Positions 27,034 to 36,523 of a stretch of 64,000 bases of DNA are shown here, one piece after another (the stretch's first letter is position 1; every line of letters begins with the position of its first letter). The stretch comes from Candidatus Heimdallarchaeota archaeon (GTDB taxonomy: Archaea > Asgardarchaeota > Heimdallarchaeia > Heimdallarchaeales > Heimdallarchaeaceae). Where the stretch lies: NCBI GenBank assembly GCA_030603365.1, contig JAUVXV010000006.1:110306-174305 (forward strand). The letters run 5' to 3'. The notes under the pieces are model-generated. The model did no database searches. It was given only the letters and a program-made list of their open reading frames with translations, and had not been told where the DNA came from. A program made the translations under genes and the position numbers.

Positions 27034-29403
27034 TTAGATCTTCTTTTGTTTCTTCTTCTTCAAAACTATTGGTACCAGTGCTATTGGTATTATGAGAATT
27101 GATATTATTCCTATCGTTTCCCCAAATTCTGGTACGTCTGGCGGATTTTCTAGCAGCATCAAGTATACTTCTGGTCTTCCTGCTACATCTCTAGTATAGA
27201 TATAAACATCAACACCTTCTCCATCTGGTATTGTGAATGTGAAATAGTAATCATCGTTCGAGATATGTGTTACCGATGGATAACTTATGCTTGTATCTTC
27301 ATAATGCACTTCAGGTGTTATATCCCAAATTGCCAGATTATCTCTAATAGTTGCATCTATCCTGTAGGTTTCTCCACTCACGTGTGATGGCCAAATACCG
27401 ATCATCGTTGGGTTCACTGCATCCACAATTGAAGTAGTTTTCAGCTCATCTTCCTTTAATATTACTGGGAATAATGGATCATTCAATACTGGGAAGGTTA
27501 TTGGACTGAACAATCCAGTATCTCCTACCACCTCATAGTTGATATCTATACTTGGATCAGTTACCCAGGTGTCTATTTGTCCTTGCACAGTCAGGTTCAT
27601 CTGTTTTATTCTGAAATAGAGGTTGTTGAATTGTAAAGTTGTATTAGTATTTGCGTCAATTAATGCTCCATCTGCTGCACCGCTAGAGACTGTATCCCAA
27701 AGAATAACCTCTTCTCCACCATCAGCTATAGTATAACTTTCTGGACTTCCATCATCTACATCACCTGAAAACCAGATAGTATTGTTGACCTCAAGGTAAA
27801 TTCCTACTTCAAATAGCACATCTATACCAGCAGTAATGTCTATACTGAAAAGATCCTCATCTTTAGTAAGATTACCAAGTGGGAAGTTGTAAGTAAATTC
27901 ATACAAAGTCAGATCGCCAAATGGAGTGATGAAATTGTAGAAGTAGCTAATAGGGTCAAACAGCTGAAGCTTGTATCCATAGACTTCAACCTCTCCTATA
28001 ACTTCAGTTCCAGCAAATCCTTCTTCAGGAGTGATAGTTACATCTGTATTGATACTATTTCCAGGGATAACATATCGTGGTGTCTTTTGCTCGAAGAGTA
28101 AAGGAACATACAATCCTGAGAACAAACCTATAGTGAAATTTACAAAACTTATTCCACCAGTCAAATCCTGATAATAGTATTCCTTTATTCCCAAATTCTT
28201 CGTTATCTTGTTACAGATTGGTAAATCAGTTATCGTCTCAAACATATAGAGAGATCCACCGTTATCATCCACGTAGACTTCACCATCTACGTTAAGAGTC
28301 TCAATCAAGAAGTAATATGTGGAATTCTCAGTAAGACCTCCAATACTCGCACTGTGACTAGTTCTAAAACCTATCATGTTCAAAGTTTGATCCAAAGATC
28401 CTTGAGATGTTCCATAACGAACAGTAATCTGAGCATCTCTAGTAGTATCAAAATGGATTGTTGCTTCATCTCTCAAACCTATGATTCTATAATGACCGGG
28501 AACAGCTGGATAAGTAACATCTATCCGCACTGTGAAAGTGACATCAGCGATAGGAATCACCATAGTGTAGCTGTTTGTTCTATTTGCTCTCCACCATTCA
28601 GCATTAAAGACTGGATAGTTGTAGACTATTCCACCCAAAGCATCATCTGCATCGATATCTGCTTCTAGACAGTGTATATCAAAATAGAATTCGTCATCTA
28701 GTAATACTCCTTTATAGAGTTCTAGATTGGCGTTTATCGTCTCTCCATCAGTTATATCTTTGTATTCATAGGTGCTTCTTCTGGTTTCATAAATCTGATA
28801 ACTGAAGTAAATCTCTCCATCTCCTTTACCAGTTATCTCATGTTTGTCATGAATAACTGCACTAACCAAAGTAACAGTTATGTAGGCAGTTTCATCAACT
28901 TCAGGAGGAAGGATGACATTATCTTCAGCTATCACTTCTAGATAGAAGGTAGCATCAGTACCTGTATGCTCAAACACTTCATAGTTACCGTAGGTGGCAA
29001 CAAATGTAGCTAAATCAAGTGACAACATTGTGAAGTTAAAGTCTCCTATAAAATCGTCATCATCTAAATCATCGTAGTCCCAGCAGTCAATATAGATGTA
29101 AAGATTGCTTGCATCTTCTATTAAACTGTCAAAGAGAACGAAATTGAACGTTACATTATTACCAGTGTCTGTTTCTATCTGTGCGGTTTCAAATTCTGAA
29201 CCATTAACATCAAAATTGAAATAGAGCTCTCCTGCACCTAGTAATGCTCCGTCGTGGTCGTCAATAATATAGACATCTAAAAGAGTAATCTTAACGTAAC
29301 CTACAGCATTGGCTGCTTGAGCAGGTAGGAACGGAAAACTACTGACGAACAGAATAGATAATAATATAGTTGATAGTAATTTTTTATTCATTAATTTTCT
29401 CAC
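27034..29403 (-). CDS. Secreted surface protein with two C2-like domains, an Fn3-like domain and a PEFG-type C-terminal sorting signal
   Basis: Signal peptide; DCWDYDDLDDDDFIG and CLEADIDADDALG; YGTS...GLTENSTYYF; VPEFG + TM + basic tail. Confidence 0.75.
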   Translation of the reverse strand: MRKLMNKKLLSTILLSILFVSSFPFLPAQAANAVGYVKITLLDVYIIDDHDGALLGAGELYFNFDVNGSEFETAQIETDTGNNVTFNFVLFDSLIEDASNLYIYIDCWDYDDLDDDDFIGDFNFTMLSLDLATFVATYGNYEVFEHTGTDATFYLEVIAEDNVILPPEVDETAYITVTLVSAVIHDKHEITGKGDGEIYFSYQIYETRRSTYEYKDITDGETINANLELYKGVLLDDEFYFDIHCLEADIDADDALGGIVYNYPVFNAEWWRANRTNSYTMVIPIADVTFTVRIDVTYPAVPGHYRIIGLRDEATIHFDTTRDAQITVRYGTSQGSLDQTLNMIGFRTSHSASIGGLTENSTYYFLIETLNVDGEVYVDDNGGSLYMFETITDLPICNKITKNLGIKEYYYQDLTGGISFVNFTIGLFSGLYVPLLFEQKTPRYVIPGNSINTDVTITPEEGFAGTEVIGEVEVYGYKLQLFDPISYFYNFITPFGDLTLYEFTYNFPLGNLTKDEDLFSIDITAGIDVLFEVGIYLEVNNTIWFSGDVDDGSPESYTIADGGEEVILWDTVSSGAADGALIDANTNTTLQFNNLYFRIKQMNLTVQGQIDTWVTDPSIDINYEVVGDTGLFSPITFPVLNDPLFPVILKEDELKTTSIVDAVNPTMIGIWPSHVSGETYRIDATIRDNLAIWDITPEVHYEDTSISYPSVTHISNDDYYFTFTIPDGEGVDVYIYTRDVAGRPEVYLMLLENPPDVPEFGETIGIISILIIPIALVPIVLKKKKQKKI

Positions 29404-29465
29404 CCTAAATTAACTGCTTAAAAATAGAAATAAGAGGTATTTAAACTTGTGGTGAAAGTTTCTAA

Positions 29466-29494
29466 TTGGTAAAAATCAAGGTTATTTTTACATA
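29466..29494. promoter_or_regulatory. Island dyad site 9 (TTGGT-N19-ACATA), between divergent genes
   Basis: TTTAAATA begins exactly 21 nt away on the - strand (29445); TTAAATA at 29512 on +. Confidence 0.65.
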
Positions 29495-29539
29495 AATTTT
29501 CGAGAAAAAACTTAAATATTCAAATAAACTTAAACCGCT

Positions 29540-29806
29540 ATGCAATGCAATATGAAATGTCCTAAATGCCAAGAAATACATGAAGTCAACAGTAGATACT
29601 GCATAAGTTGCGGTTTCGATCTTGAACCTTACATCATCAGATTCAAAGATAAGCACTTACCAATTCATTTTGATGGGGGTATAATTGATGCTATTGTTGG
29701 AGAAGAGGAAGAAGACACTTGTTGTGACTGTTGTGGATGTTGTTGTGGAGGAAGCAGTAAGAAAAAAGACCAAGGGTGCTGCATGAGTCTATTAGATTGT
29801 CTATAA
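29540..29806 (+). CDS. Zinc-ribbon protein with Cys-rich C-terminal tail
   Basis: CPKC...CISCG, then CCDCCGCCC and GCC. Confidence 0.7.
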   Translation: MQCNMKCPKCQEIHEVNSRYCISCGFDLEPYIIRFKDKHLPIHFDGGIIDAIVGEEEEDTCCDCCGCCCGGSSKKKDQGCCMSLLDCL

Positions 29807-29931
29807 TCCAATTATCTCTTACAAGAGAAAGATCATAATGGTTTCATATTTTCTCAAGAACTACACTACAACAGAATATGTTAAAACTATTCATTTTGCA
29901 AGGATAAATCAATAACAAAATAGTTAGAATG

Positions 29932-31417
29932 CTAGATTTCATTTCCTAAGATATCAGCTGAATCATATTTCCATTCTTGGAATACTGTTTCATATCTCTC
30001 TGTTGGTAATAGCCATCTTCTACTATACATTTGATTGATAACAAACATCTCCTTTACTTCTTTTTGGAAATATTTATTGAACAAGCTCATACTATCAAAA
30101 ATCATCTCATTGGGAATTCTAATTATAAATTGTAATCCTTCCTCTTCTTCAGAGATGTATTTCTGACTATACAATTCTGGGAATACAGACAACTGTTTGT
30201 GCAATTGCATCTGTTCTGCAGGATCTCTTGAAAGAAAGAGTACTAGGTTTGATAATCCAAAAACATAGTTGGGATTAGTACGGGTTTTGAAATAGTTCAA
30301 CTTACGAAAATTTTCTACTTGCTTTCTCGCTTCTTTTTCACTTATACCAAGATCGTTTTTTATTGCACTTATTGACAACTTATTTTTTAGAAGTATATTA
30401 TTGAGTATCTCAATCCCAGTCTTATGCAAGTTTAGAATTTTTTCCTTTACCTCATGAAACTCTGATAAGATGAAGGGGATTTTCTTATTATCTCTAGCTT
30501 TCGTTGAGGAGATAGCTGAGGATATTTTATAGAAGGGTAAATCCCATTTTCCTAAACGATAATCATAATAAGAGAAATTGAATGATTTTAACCGTGATAG
30601 CATGTCAAATTGATAAAAATTTGAAGAAATTAGAGTGTGTTTATCTTCTAAATCTTGTTTAAGTTTTCGCAAATCTTCTTTTACTTGAGGATTATCAGGA
30701 GTCACATAATTTACCATTACCTATTGTGAGTTAGAATAACTTGTATAAATAGAATGTAGGAATGCACTCTCTGGCAATTCCTTAAAGAAATCTAGTTTGG
30801 AATCCAAAGCAACAGTAAATACCAGACCATAGATGGCTAAATTTAAAGCAGAGTAATTGAGAGAGTCCTTCAAAAATGAGAGTTCGTTCCAGTAACCGTC
30901 TCTTATATTTTGAAAGATTGGATGGATCCATCGAGAGTTTTTCTAATAGTGTTTTGTTATCCATTGTCTGCTCTTTGAGGATTGTTTCAAAGACAAGAAA
31001 TTCATTCTTATTGAATTTGGGCATAATCTTAGATCTATAGTCAAAAAATATCTGTAAGTAAATATCCCAAGAGAGTTTAAGATTAGCATTTGAAAAATAT
31101 TCTAGAATATCTAGAAGATAGGAAGAAGATTCATCAGAACTATGAAGGTTATAGTAAGTAGAAGGAACTAGATAACTGAAATTCTCGAATATAATGGATT
31201 TTCTATTAGTAGACCAAAAAATATTCTAGTCATCAAATTGTTTGTTAGTTCTAGCTAACTTTGTTCTAATATAAAAACAGATAATGTCCCATGCAGGAGT
31301 GTCTAACTTAGCTTCAAAGGTTACCACTAATTGCTCAAAATCAGAGTAGAGCTCTTGAAGAATTTTCTTAGCTAACTCCATTCTCTGCTTCTGCTCGGGA
31401 TTCTTAGTGAAAGGCAT
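29932..31417 (-). pseudogene. Pseudogenised paralogue of the 17873..19363 regulator
   Basis: Three track fragments align collinearly with the intact copy. There is TAG for Trp at 31226-31228, a frameshift near 30855 and TAG for Ser at 30721-30723. Confidence 0.85.
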
Positions 31418-31466
31418 CAGATTTAACATAGTTCTAACTTACATAATCTTTACCATATGACTGCAA

Positions 31467-31495
31467 ATGGTTTTTTTAGAAGTCATTATTACCAT
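31467..31495 (+). promoter_or_regulatory. Island dyad site 10 (ATGGT-N19-ACCAT + TTTTAGAC)
   Basis: Perfect arms; TTTAAATC at 31516 (+21). Confidence 0.75.
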
Positions 31496-31538
31496 TTTTA
31501 GACTTTTTTTGAACTTTTAAATCTATGGAATAAGAGAG

Positions 31539-31865
31539 GTGTTAGGAGAAAGAGAAATGGATGAGGTATATCTATTCAAATGCCTTGAATGTGAACTAGA
31601 ATTTAAGTTGAGGAAGGGAGTGGGAGGGAGCTCTACATCTCCAAGAACAAGATTCTATTGTCAAGAATATGGGAAGATATCAATAGAATCACAATGCAGG
31701 CAGTGTAGTCAATATTTGAAGAGGGTTATTTTTCCTTTAGAGGGAAATACAATAAAGCTGGAAGAAGCAGGAGAAGAATTAAAGGTTAAATGTCCTCATT
31801 GCTCTTCAAATCAAACTATTCTTACACTTTTAGATAAGTGGGTGATAGATTATCAAATGTGGTAA
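31539..31865 (+). CDS. Small multi-CxxC zinc-finger protein (paralogue 3)
   Basis: FKCLECELEFKLR...CPHC...LDKW..DYQMW matches 19881; one Cys is lost (CQEY). Likely start is ATG 31557. Confidence 0.8.
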   Translation: MLGEREMDEVYLFKCLECELEFKLRKGVGGSSTSPRTRFYCQEYGKISIESQCRQCSQYLKRVIFPLEGNTIKLEEAGEELKVKCPHCSSNQTILTLLDKWVIDYQMW

Positions 31866-31963
31866 ATTTCAATGCATACACCCCGTTCTAGTCGTTCAGA
31901 AAATTTTTTAAACGCAATTGTGCGTTTTCTTGCACAACCGAAACAAATAGGCTATGAGTAATA

Positions 31964-32527
31964 ATGAATTATACCAATAAGGAACATAATGTAGCTCTGG
32001 AGAGAGAAAGACTAACCAGACTGATGGAAGAACGTGCTGTCATTGAAGAGATGATGAGGAATGATGAAGACCACACTGCTCTAAGAGAAGAGTTAGCTGA
32101 AACTGACAATAGAAAGGTTCTCAAGCCAATTCGTGGAGGAAGTAGTAAAACAAACTATACTGCAGATGGCAGATCTTATTTTGACAATAAGAGACTAAGT
32201 TTAGACACAACCTATCTTGGACCTAGATACGATGTCAGTGAAATGCTAGATTCAGAAAAACTAGTTCTTAGGAGAATGAAAGAACTTGATGAGAGAAAGA
32301 AATTGATGCAAACTCCAATAGCTGATGTTTACAAAGAGATAATCAAAGAAGACGCTCCCCCCAACAAATACTTTGCAATCAGAAAAATGGGGGAGTTTCT
32401 AGAAGAGGAGGAATTCACAGCAGAAGAAATTGCTTTGATGAGGACACTGATGAAAAGGATAGTTAAGAAGCATAGGGGGTCAAGAGAAGAGTTACTATTG
32501 TCGCTGTATATAGAAGAAAAACTATGA
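31964..32527 (+). CDS. Hypothetical helical protein (copy 2)
   Basis: Near-identical to 24826..25392. Confidence 0.8.
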   Translation: MNYTNKEHNVALERERLTRLMEERAVIEEMMRNDEDHTALREELAETDNRKVLKPIRGGSSKTNYTADGRSYFDNKRLSLDTTYLGPRYDVSEMLDSEKLVLRRMKELDERKKLMQTPIADVYKEIIKEDAPPNKYFAIRKMGEFLEEEEFTAEEIALMRTLMKRIVKKHRGSREELLLSLYIEEKL

Positions 32528-32659
32528 AACAAGAGTTTACAAAGTTATAGAGTGAAGCTAAATACATTGTATTACCAAAGAAATTTTTTAAACCTTCTAA
32601 AAATGACTATGGATAAGAACGAAAGAACAGTCTCTTAAATCACTTAATTCGAATAGTTG

Positions 32660-33601
32660 CTAATCTAATTTATTTTTCCTTCCTTCTCTGTTTTTCTTTT
32701 GCTTTTCGTTTTTCTTATATTTCTTCAGCATTAGTTTATCCAGTTGTTCATCTGTTAAATCGGGGGGAGTTAGTAGTGGTTCAGGATTTTCTATTAATTT
32801 CCTCACAAAATCAATCGTTGGTCCAGTGTAACTTCCTGATGCAATACGATCATCAATAGATACCTTCATTTCCATCACCTTACGAATATCAACTTTATCT
32901 GTTTCTTGATCAACAACTTGAGCTTTGAGCATTTTTCCAAATGTTATCAGAATCCCTGTTGTTCCATATTCAAAGAGATGGTGATAGACCGCTGGAATGT
33001 TTATTGATCCCAAGTGAGCTAAAAACACTGTTGACCACATGGGTACATCTTTAGTAAGAAAGTGCATAGGCATATTGTGTTCGTCTGTCCATCTCATAAG
33101 CCAGAAGATAAATCTTATTAGAAATCTTGGCAAGCGTTTCATTAATTCTACATCTTGCTCATTTTTGTTTACACCATGTCGTGCTTCGTAGAGATGTTCG
33201 TTAACATTTCCTTGAACAGTTGCTAAAGTGTCATAAGGATCAAACTCAATCATGGCATTGATTTCCTCTCCATCCTCAGTCTTCTCCTTCTTAACAACAA
33301 AGGAAATAATAATTCTATTACGTTGCCATAATCTTCGTCCTGAAACGAATCTGTTGATTTTCGGTCGTAATGTTATGGCTCTAACAGCTGCTGTGAGATA
33401 GATTTGAAATAAAGTTATCTTATCTTCTTCTGCTTTATCTTGATTGAACTTTTCTAGAAATTCTAAAGTGCGAGTAAGATCTACCTGAGTTTTGTAGTGT
33501 ATTTCACTCTGTGTTTTCTTTCGCATAATAAGGAATTCTATTTCATGAAACTTGGTTGTCTTTACTAATTCAGCATCAGGTCTTCTTGGCATGTTTGTCA
33601 C
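32660..33601 (-). CDS. 2-oxoacid dehydrogenase E2 acyltransferase catalytic-domain-like protein (stand-alone)
   Basis: PKINRFVSGRRLWQRN, LAHLGSI, SIDDRIASG (variant of DHRxxDG). Confidence 0.8.
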   Translation of the reverse strand: MTNMPRRPDAELVKTTKFHEIEFLIMRKKTQSEIHYKTQVDLTRTLEFLEKFNQDKAEEDKITLFQIYLTAAVRAITLRPKINRFVSGRRLWQRNRIIISFVVKKEKTEDGEEINAMIEFDPYDTLATVQGNVNEHLYEARHGVNKNEQDVELMKRLPRFLIRFIFWLMRWTDEHNMPMHFLTKDVPMWSTVFLAHLGSINIPAVYHHLFEYGTTGILITFGKMLKAQVVDQETDKVDIRKVMEMKVSIDDRIASGSYTGPTIDFVRKLIENPEPLLTPPDLTDEQLDKLMLKKYKKNEKQKKNREGRKNKLD

Positions 33602-33752
33602 TTCTAATGTTAGATTTTATAGATTCTTCTCATAGTTAGATATGGTTATTCTTAACTTTTTCTGGATATAATTAAGTTCAAATTGTCAGTTTTTTGAAAG
33701 AAAGTCTAACTAATATAAATAAGTAGTTGAAATAAGAATTTGAGTAAGGAGA

Positions 33753-34016
33753 TTAATCATAAACTGTTTTGTAATTTTTCCTTCGTTCATGAAAGAATAG
33801 TAATAAGAACACTAATCCTAGAAATAAGAATCCACTTCCAGCTCCTATAACTATGTATGGAGCAGCGTAAGTACTATTGAAGAGTATGAAAAGAACTTCC
33901 TTTACAAAATTGGTTAACAATTCTAAGAGGATGAAACATAATGACCCCAGTATAGTAAAAATCAAACAAACAACAATGAAAGTTATTAATTTTCTTCTCT
34001 TTTTGGATTCAGGCAT
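33753..34016 (-). CDS. Small two-TM membrane protein
   Basis: Two hydrophobic segments. Confidence 0.6.
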   Translation of the reverse strand: MPESKKRRKLITFIVVCLIFTILGSLCFILLELLTNFVKEVLFILFNSTYAAPYIVIGAGSGFLFLGLVFLLLFFHERRKNYKTVYD

Positions 34017-34447
34017 CGAATACAGAAAGAAAATAAAATCATAAAAAGATATCGTTTTTATTTGTTCAACTTAATGTAGATTATTATGCTATATTCCAAT
34101 TTCTCCAAGCTTTTTCTCTTACTTATTCCGTTCATCGTGAATACAAAGAAACTCAGATGTCACAATATAATCAATCTACTAACCAAACAAATCTTGAACC
34201 TTTATGTAGTTTATTACTACTAGCTCTTCTTTTGATCTCCTTCATCTCATAATTTTTTTTTATCATTGTTGCTTTCATTTTAGTAAACTAAAAATCACAC
34301 TTTTGCTGGTTCTCTTTGCTATATAGAAATTTCACAAAATGAAGAAAAAATCTAAACTAAATTACCAAATTAGCCCTTTTTTACTCATTTTCTGAACAAA
34401 GTTTATCTTTTACTTAAGGTATACTAGTATAATTTTCGAAAATTAAA

Positions 34448-36205
34448 GTGATAAAAATGAATAAAAAAAAGTTTTTTGTTTTAATTAGTGTAAGTCTTTT
34501 CCTCTTAGGTTTTATTTGGAGTAATGGTTTCAAAGATAATGGTGTTATAGCTATAGATTATTCTGATAGTGTATTTAAAGAGAATCTAGATTCTTTAGAT
34601 ATGTCCAATAGAAAGTGGACACCAATACAAGTGGTGTCGACAGAGAGCACAGAGCCTTCTCGTTATCCTTCTGTTGCAGTGGATCAAGCTGGGAACATCC
34701 ATGTAGCCTGGGAAGATGGAACTGATTATAATGGGGCTGGACCACTTGCAGACATCTTCTATAAATCATGGGATGCTACTTCGCAAACATGGTCGATAAC
34801 TGAGGTAGTTTCAACAGAAAGTACAGGTGGTTCTACCTATCCTTCTCTTGCTGTGGATGCTGCAGGAAATGTGCACATAGCATGGTTAGATTGGACTGAT
34901 TATGCTGGGAGTGGACCAGATGATGATATCTTCTATAAATCAAGGGATGCTACTTCGCAGACATGGTCGATAACTGAAGTCGTTTCCACAGAAAGTACAG
35001 ATACTTCTTCTTATCCTTCTCTTGTAGCAGATGTTGGAGGGAATATCCACGTGGTTTGGCATGATCAGACAGATTATGCGGGGGCTGGAACAGATTCGGA
35101 TATTTTCTATAAATCAAGGGATACTACTTCGCAAACATGGTCAATAACTGAGATAGTATCGACAGAAAGTCCAGTTGGTTCTGAACATCCTTCTCTTGTT
35201 GTTGGTTCTACTGGTAATCTACATATTGCTTGGTACGATGGAACTGATTATGATGGGGCTGGAACAGACTGGGATATTTTCTATAAATCAAGGGATGCTA
35301 CTTCGCAGACATGGTCAATAATTGAGGTAGTATCCACAGCAAGTACAGATTTTTCATATCATCCTTCTATTGCAGTGGATCAAGCAGAGAATGTACATAT
35401 AACATGGTTTGATAGGACAGATTATACTGGAGCGGGAACAGATTGGGATATTTTCCATAATTTCAGGGACACCTCATCTCAATCTTGGAGGATAACACAA
35501 GTAGTATCATCAGAAAGCACGGGAGATTCTATGTATCCTTCTGTAGCAGTGGATCAAGCAGGGAATGTCCATGTGTTATGGGATGATAATACTGACTTAG
35601 GTTGTGGAACAGACTATGATATATTTTATAATACATGGGATGCTTCTTTGCAAATTTGGCTAACAACACAGTTGGTGTCAACAGAAAGCACAGAATATTC
35701 TCGTGAACCTTCTGTTGCAGTGGATCAAGCTAGAAATATCCATATGGTGTGGTATGATCAAACCAATTATACTGGGAGTGGAACGGATAATGATATTTTC
35801 TATAGACAGCTCATTGCTGCTCCTCCAGCTCCAGATTTAGCATTTATTCTTCCCAACCCTAGCTCTACTGGTGAAATTCATTTAGATTGGAATGATATAG
35901 CTAGTGTTTCAGAATACTATGTTTATCGTTCCTCCGCGTACATCTGGACAACAGAAGGTCTTTCACCCATAGATATAACTTCAGAGAATGATTATATCGA
36001 TAATATAGATACTAATGGTTTCTATTACTATACTATTGTTGCTAGTAATTTTGCTGGAAACAGCTCCCACTCTAATTGCCAATATGTTGAAGTCCAACTA
36101 GCTGTTCTTGATACTACTGAAGAGACTACTTTTACTACTGGTCTGATAGTATCTGTAACTCTGTTATTCATTGTCAAGTGGAGATTTCACACAAGGAAGA
36201 AATAA
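34448..36205 (+). CDS. Secreted 7-bladed beta-propeller-like repeat protein with Fn3-like domain and TM anchor
   Basis: Seven ~58-aa repeats W...EVVSTES...S..PS.AVD..GN.H..W.D.TDY.G.G.D.DIFY. Confidence 0.85.
   Translation: MIKMNKKKFFVLISVSLFLLGFIWSNGFKDNGVIAIDYSDSVFKENLDSLDMSNRKWTPIQVVSTESTEPSRYPSVAVDQAGNIHVAWEDGTDYNGAGPLADIFYKSWDATSQTWSITEVVSTESTGGSTYPSLAVDAAGNVHIAWLDWTDYAGSGPDDDIFYKSRDATSQTWSITEVVSTESTDTSSYPSLVADVGGNIHVVWHDQTDYAGAGTDSDIFYKSRDTTSQTWSITEIVSTESPVGSEHPSLVVGSTGNLHIAWYDGTDYDGAGTDWDIFYKSRDATSQTWSIIEVVSTASTDFSYHPSIAVDQAENVHITWFDRTDYTGAGTDWDIFHNFRDTSSQSWRITQVVSSESTGDSMYPSVAVDQAGNVHVLWDDNTDLGCGTDYDIFYNTWDASLQIWLTTQLVSTESTEYSREPSVAVDQARNIHMVWYDQTNYTGSGTDNDIFYRQLIAAPPAPDLAFILPNPSSTGEIHLDWNDIASVSEYYVYRSSAYIWTTEGLSPIDITSENDYIDNIDTNGFYYYTIVASNFAGNSSHSNCQYVEVQLAVLDTTEETTFTTGLIVSVTLLFIVKWRFHTRKK
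34616..35805 (+). repeat. Seven tandem ~174-bp coding repeats
   Basis: Recurrent ttctataaatcaagggatgctacttcgcagacatggtc at DNA level. Confidence 0.85.
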
Positions 36206-36211
36206 TCTAAA

Positions 36212-36421
36212 CTAGCTTACCAAGCTAGTACTCTTTTTTCCCCTTTCAATCTGACTATTTAATATCTCTATACCATAGGTTTTGTAACCTTCACGATGGA
36301 AAATCGCTAAAGGAGGAATTCCTCCACCTGCTCCACAGTCAAGTATCTTTTTGGGTAAGGGACTCTTATTGCATTCATTCAAGAAATCAAACAATGGTGT
36401 ATCTCTTCGATGTAGGGTCAT
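36212..36421 (-). pseudogene. Truncated class I SAM-dependent methyltransferase fragment
   Basis: KKILDCGAGG motif I and YGIEI motif II, then a stop after ~70 aa. Confidence 0.6.
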
Positions 36422-36523
36422 ATTATTCACTAGTCTGGTATTTACTAGCCAATCGAATCTCAAACCTGTATTTACTTTATGCAGTTAATTGTTGATTTGA
36501 AAAAAAGAACTATAAGAAGAACA

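Noticed and set aside
799-31495. The dyad as an integron attC or Xer/dif-type recombination site defining gene cassettes
   Set aside because: No RYYYAAC/GTTRRRY ends, no conserved 11-bp arms and no recombinase gene in the island. Fixed spacing to TATA fits a transcription-factor site better, although the alternative is not formally excluded.
34616-35805. Regular DNA repeats as a CRISPR array
   Set aside because: In-frame 174-bp coding repeats with no repeat-spacer structure and no cas genes.
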